Shown here piece by piece: positions 59,701-64,000 of a DNA stretch of 64,000 bases. Made by a program: the position numbers and the translations under genes. The number at the start of each line of letters is the position of its first letter. Within the stretch, counting starts at the first letter, position 1. This stretch comes from Lama guanicoe (Eukaryota): positions 20,659,298-20,723,297 of the forward strand of contig MU057357.1 of NCBI GenBank assembly GCA_013239625.1, written 5' to 3'. A model generated the notes under the pieces. The model saw only the letters and a list, made by a program, of their open reading frames with translations, was not told the DNA's origin and ran no database searches.

Positions 59701-61959
59701 TAAGATTCTTTAAGGTACAGTGAGGAGGTGCTGTCTAACCTGCATCACTCCTTGGTCTTCCTTAACTTATAGAAAAAGCAGCCCCCAAGTGCACCCCCAA
59801 CCCCATTCCTCATTGTTCAGTAAGATCACCCCATGGTATCTCTGCAGCTTCCTTCTCGGCCTCTCTTGTGATCTTTATGATACCATGTGTCTCCTGAGAT
59901 GCCGGCTTCTACAGTCTTACTGACCCTAGCGACGATAACAGGTTAAAATGAAAGCAAATTTTTACTTTCCCTTCGTCGAGCTTGTGGGTATTTTTAAAGC
60001 CCTAATAAACCAATATCTCCTGGTCCCTAGCCATCCACTGTTTACATAAGATCTTTTTTTTTTTTCTTATCTGCATCCTTCTGGAAATGTTTATACAATC
60101 CTCAGGGGAGGCAGTGAAATGAAGTTGGAACAGGCCCATCCTTGAGGGAAACAGGACCCATCTGGACGCCGAGGCGCCTTTGCCCCAGCAACGTTGGTGG
60201 TGGTGACGGGGGGGAGGGGAGCTTGAAGAAGACATGGAAAGATGCCTATTTCTGTTCTCACAGGCTTCAGGATCCAGTCGTGGGGTGAGCTAAACGAAAC
60301 TCCTAGGGAAACATTTCCCCGGGGGACAGGGTGTGAGATGAGGGGGTGCCGATCAGAACAGGAAATGCTACCTGTGTGGGTCCCCGGTGCTTCCTTCCCT
60401 CCATGAGCGGGTGTCACAGAAACTTTAATGCCCATTCCCACCAGTAAAAGGGAGGGTCCGAAGAAACCTGAGGACTGAGGCAGAGGCGCTGCTTGCCCTG
60501 GTTTTCCCACCTCTCAGAAGGCCCAAGCCTGCTCCCCACCCACCGAGGCCAAGGCCGAGGCTGGTCCTCTTCATCCCTCGCTCTTCAAGGTGACCCTGTG
60601 AGGAGCTCCTGGTGGAAGGCCACGCCTTCCCTGGTCTCCCTGAAGATGGGCCGAGGAACCTCCGAGTGAGCCACGGGCCAAGTTGTGTCTGTAGCTTGTT
60701 CAAAGAATGACACCTGCGTCCGCTCTCTTCCTTGCCAGAAGACCCAGGACAGTTGGGGGGTGGGGCGCTGTTGGTGTCACAGTCAGCTCCTAAGTGTTGA
60801 AGAGAAAGAGACCCTTGGCTGCAGGTGAGCCGCCCCTCATCCCTCCCTCTGCCTGGTGGCATCAGACCAGCAGGGTCCCTGTCTCAGCAGAGGACCCCCA
60901 GCCTGCCTGGCCTGAGGGTCAGCCAGACCCATGTGTACACAGAGGCGCCCAGAAAAGCCCTCCACTAGCAGAGGGGCAAAGCCCCAGGGTGTGGACTTGG
61001 GGGCACTCGGTTCTGGGCCCCTCCTCACCAAACCAGCGGGCCTGGGCAGCTGTGGTCTGGTGTGGACCCTCCTCTACCCGGATTCAAACAAACTTCCCCT
61101 GGAAACTGGGGCAGTTCTGTTTGCAAAGGGCAGGCTGCCACCTCTATAGCTGCCCAGGCTTCTCAGAACCGTCGCAGAGCCAGGTTGCCGTGGTTTGGAG
61201 CACAGCTCCGCTAATAAATCTCCATCCCGAAGCCCCTGACTGCCTCCGCTGGGAATTGAAGTGCAGCCTCTCAGAGCGCCTGCTGGCAGCCCCGCCGCCT
61301 TGCCAAGCCTGGCGCATAACTGCCCTGGCTTGGCCATGACTCCAGGGCCCTGGCTGGTGGCCTTTCTGGATTTGCCTTCTTTCCTTGCCTCCCCACCCCC
61401 CATTACCCCCTCAACTCACCTTTCCTTGAGCATTGACATTTCTATTTCCAACCAACTTTTTAAATCCTGTGGGAGTTCAAAGAAACCTTTAGAGGTTTTT
61501 GCAATCCACCACTGCTCCCTTCCCCTTGACTTGGACATGCTAAGGAGGTGGGAGAATACTGGTCCCAGAGCTGGGCACCCAGGGTTCTCAGTTCTGCCTC
61601 TAGCTCTGTGACCTTGGGAAGGTCATGCACTTCTTCCTTTGCCCAGGTGTAAAGTGAACATTTAGGTTGAATGAATTTTGAGTGGGGAACTCTGACATCC
61701 TAGCTGATGGAGTAGTTCTGTTTGGTTGTCTGAATCTATGCTGTACAAAGCAGTGAGCATAAAGCTTTGCAGATGCCTCCCCTCCGCAGAGAAGCTGGGA
61801 GCGCATCTTCAGGCTTGATTCTGCTGTGGAGCTGGCCCAAATTCAAGCTCCCTCGTGGCAGAATTGCTCTCTTTCCAGAGCCCTTCACTAATAGCTATTT
61901 ACATAGAAATTCACGTGCTTACTTGTCTGTCTCCCACCAGCTCTTACGGGAAGAATATA

Positions 61960-62335
61960 TGCATGCATTCATTCATATAATCAATGTGTTTTGTGTTAAC
62001 ACCTACTCTGTGCCTTGCTAGGTGCCGGGAGGCAATGATACATAACAGACATGGTCCCTGCCTTCAGGGAACTTACAATCTAGAGAGGGAGACATAGGTG
62101 AATCAAATAACCACACAAATCTGTCGTGACAATCATGGCAGGAACCATAAAGTGAAGTTTAGGGAGCTGTGAGTGTCTAAGAGGCTCAGGGAAGCTGCCT
62201 CTGAGCATCATGACCGACAGGAGCTGAAATCCTAGGGTGAGTCTGATGAATGGGAAGGTTGAGAGGGAGAGTGTGTCAGACAGGAGGGCCAGCAGGTGCA
62301 AAGATCCAGAGGCAGAGGGAAACCCGACTGGAGCA
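61960..62335 (-). mobile_element. LINE2 3' end fragment
   Basis: cattcattca...cacctactctgtgcc...acagacatggtccctgccttcagggaacttacaatctag...aaataaccacacaaat. Confidence 0.75.
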
Positions 62336-62738
62336 AAAGCGAAGGGTAAGGAGAAGCATCTCATGTACCTTTGTATAAAGATCCCCAACTCATACCTGAC
62401 ACTCTGCAAGGGCAAAAAGTATTTGTTGAATGAATGAATGAATGACTTGTATAGACGCCCCTTTCTGACAGGCATCAAGCTGCCCAGTTTGTACAGACTC
62501 AAAGATAAGTGTTTTAATTCTTCCTTTTTGCTACTGTGCTTCACATAGTGGAAAATGTAGCAGTAAGTTTCGTAGAGTCTGAACTGAGAAATTATGCCCA
62601 CAAGTTCCAGTATGGAGATAGGCACTACTTGTTTCTGTTTAAATATAATAAATTAGGTTATATATACAGATCAAAATACTGTTGGAAAAGTTGGAGAATT
62701 GCCAGATTTAACAAATAAAAATATCCTGTGAGCCACTA

Positions 62739-62898
62739 NNNNNNNNNNNNNNNNNNNNNNNNNNNNNNNNNNNNNNNNNNNNNNNNNNNNNNNNNNNNNN
62801 NNNNNNNNNNNNNNNNNNNNNNNNNNNNNNNNNNNNNNNNNNNNNNNNNNNNNNNNNNNNNNNNNNNNNNNNNNNNNNNNNNNNNNNNNNNNNNNNNA
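62739..62898. other. Assembly gap (160 N)
   Basis: Run of N. Confidence 0.99.
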
Positions 62899-63313
62899 AC
62901 AGAGGAAGAGAAAGACAGAATGTGGTATGTACTTACAAGGGAATATTATTCAGTCTTAAGAAGGAATGACATTCTGTTAAGTATTACAACATACATGAAC
63001 TTTGAAAATATTATGCTAAGGTGAATTAAGCCAGACACAGTAAGACCCATGTTGTATGATTCCACTAGTATGAGATACCAAGAATAGGCAGATTCAAAGA
63101 GAAAGTAAATTAGAGGTCACCAAGGGCTGGCAGGGGGGAAAAAATGGAGTGTTATTGTTCAGTGGGTACAGAACTTGGCATGATGAATAAGTTCCGGAAG
63201 TGGATAGTGGTGATGGTTGCACAACATTGTGAATGTTTCTAACTCCACTGAATTGTACTTAGGGTTAAAATAGTCTGTTTTATGTTGTATAAATTTACCA
63301 CATTAAAAAAAAA
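62899..63313 (+). mobile_element. LINE1 3' end (L1MB-like) with A-tail
   Basis: aatgtggtat...ggaatattattcag...aaggaatga...catgaactttgaaaatattatgctaag...tgtatgattccact...gatagtggtgatggttgcacaacattgtgaatg...ccactgaattgtac...aaaaaaaa. Confidence 0.85.
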
Positions 63314-64000
63314 TCTTTCCTTCAAAAAAAAGTCCCATGTAATACTTGGGACATACCTAAACTGAAAATGTATTTATTGTCTATTTGAAATTTGAATATA
63401 ACTGAATATCCTGTATTTTATCTGGCAACCCTAATTGAGAAGCTTCCTCTTCACCATGGGCTCCCTAGAACATTTCCAGGTTTCAGGGGCCATCCTTTCA
63501 AAATCCAAAATCAATGCCTGTGGTCTGATAAGAATGTGTATAACTCAGGCGTAGAAAATCAGGCGGGGGTGCCTGCCCTAATTATAGACTCAGCCCTAGA
63601 CAGAGGCCATGGAGTGACTCCCTCAGCCCTCACTCACTCCATCAGTGAAGAGGTAGAGATTAGAAATCTTGGTTGGGTTTCCCATCTGTTGTTTAATCAT
63701 CACAATCCACAAATGCAGTAAAAGCTGGTTATAAAGCCCTTCTTACAATTGACCACGTGGCTAGAATTACAGTTGCAGATGGCGACGCTCGTGCGTATGA
63801 CTCAGACGATAGCCTTGTCCCCTGCCATCAATGTATCTTCACACCAGAGTTGGTAAGAACCCATGGGGTGCCCAGATGCCTAATTGTACTCCCATTTGTA
63901 CCCATGTCTTCTCCATGAAAGAAACTGCCTGCACAGCTCATCAGGCAGCAAGAAACAACAGGTGCAAAACTCAAAGGCCACTTTGGAACAATTTGGACCA

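Larger units (their letters stand above)
62695..63433. mobile_element. MER53-like palindromic hAT MITE split by an L1 insertion and an assembly gap
   Basis: Left end ttgccagatttaacaaataaaaata. Right half gtcccatgtaatacttgggacatac...tgaaatttgaatataactgaatatcctgtattttatctggcaacccta. Confidence 0.6.

Noticed and set aside
60425-61611. Cluster of 110-180-aa ORFs downstream of NRP2
   Set aside because: GC-rich intergenic sequence with overlapping ORFs on both strands. No domain similarity or exon structure recognised.
62080-62625. 181-aa minus-strand ORF
   Set aside because: Overlaps degenerate L2 sequence with no reverse transcriptase or other motifs.
1-64000. Prokaryote-type systems (CRISPR arrays, operons, rRNA, phage or defence loci)
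   Set aside because: The window is a spliced mammalian gene with mammalian repeats. No repeat-spacer arrays or dense gene-like ORFs are present.

Overview
This is mammalian genomic DNA, probably camelid judging by a Vic-1-like tRNA-derived SINE. It covers the 3' half of neuropilin-2 (NRP2) on the + strand. Ten coding exons are read directly with canonical AG/GT boundaries and a continuous frame: human-numbered exons 8-15, 16a and 17. They encode the end of b1, b2, the O-glycosylated linker, MAM, the transmembrane helix and the SEA PDZ-binding tail. The alternative NRP2b terminal exon is almost entirely hidden in the N-gap at 37406-37765, with only its last codons (RSSHC*) visible. The rest is intron, 3' UTR and downstream sequence containing MIR, L2, L1, MLT1 and MER elements, microsatellites and three assembly gaps. 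The most notable observations concern isoform output. (1) A soluble intron-9 read-through form has a 32-aa tail and a poly(A) signal sitting at the end of an antisense MIR. (2) A candidate unannotated terminal exon in intron 15 encodes a 17-aa hydrophobic tail followed by twin AATAAA. (3) A strong in-frame upstream acceptor would add 34 aa to exon 11. (4) A CTCF motif lies just behind the exon-15 tandem donors. Repeat family names and comparisons with human come from memory of consensus sequences, not from database searches. Repeat boundaries are approximate.
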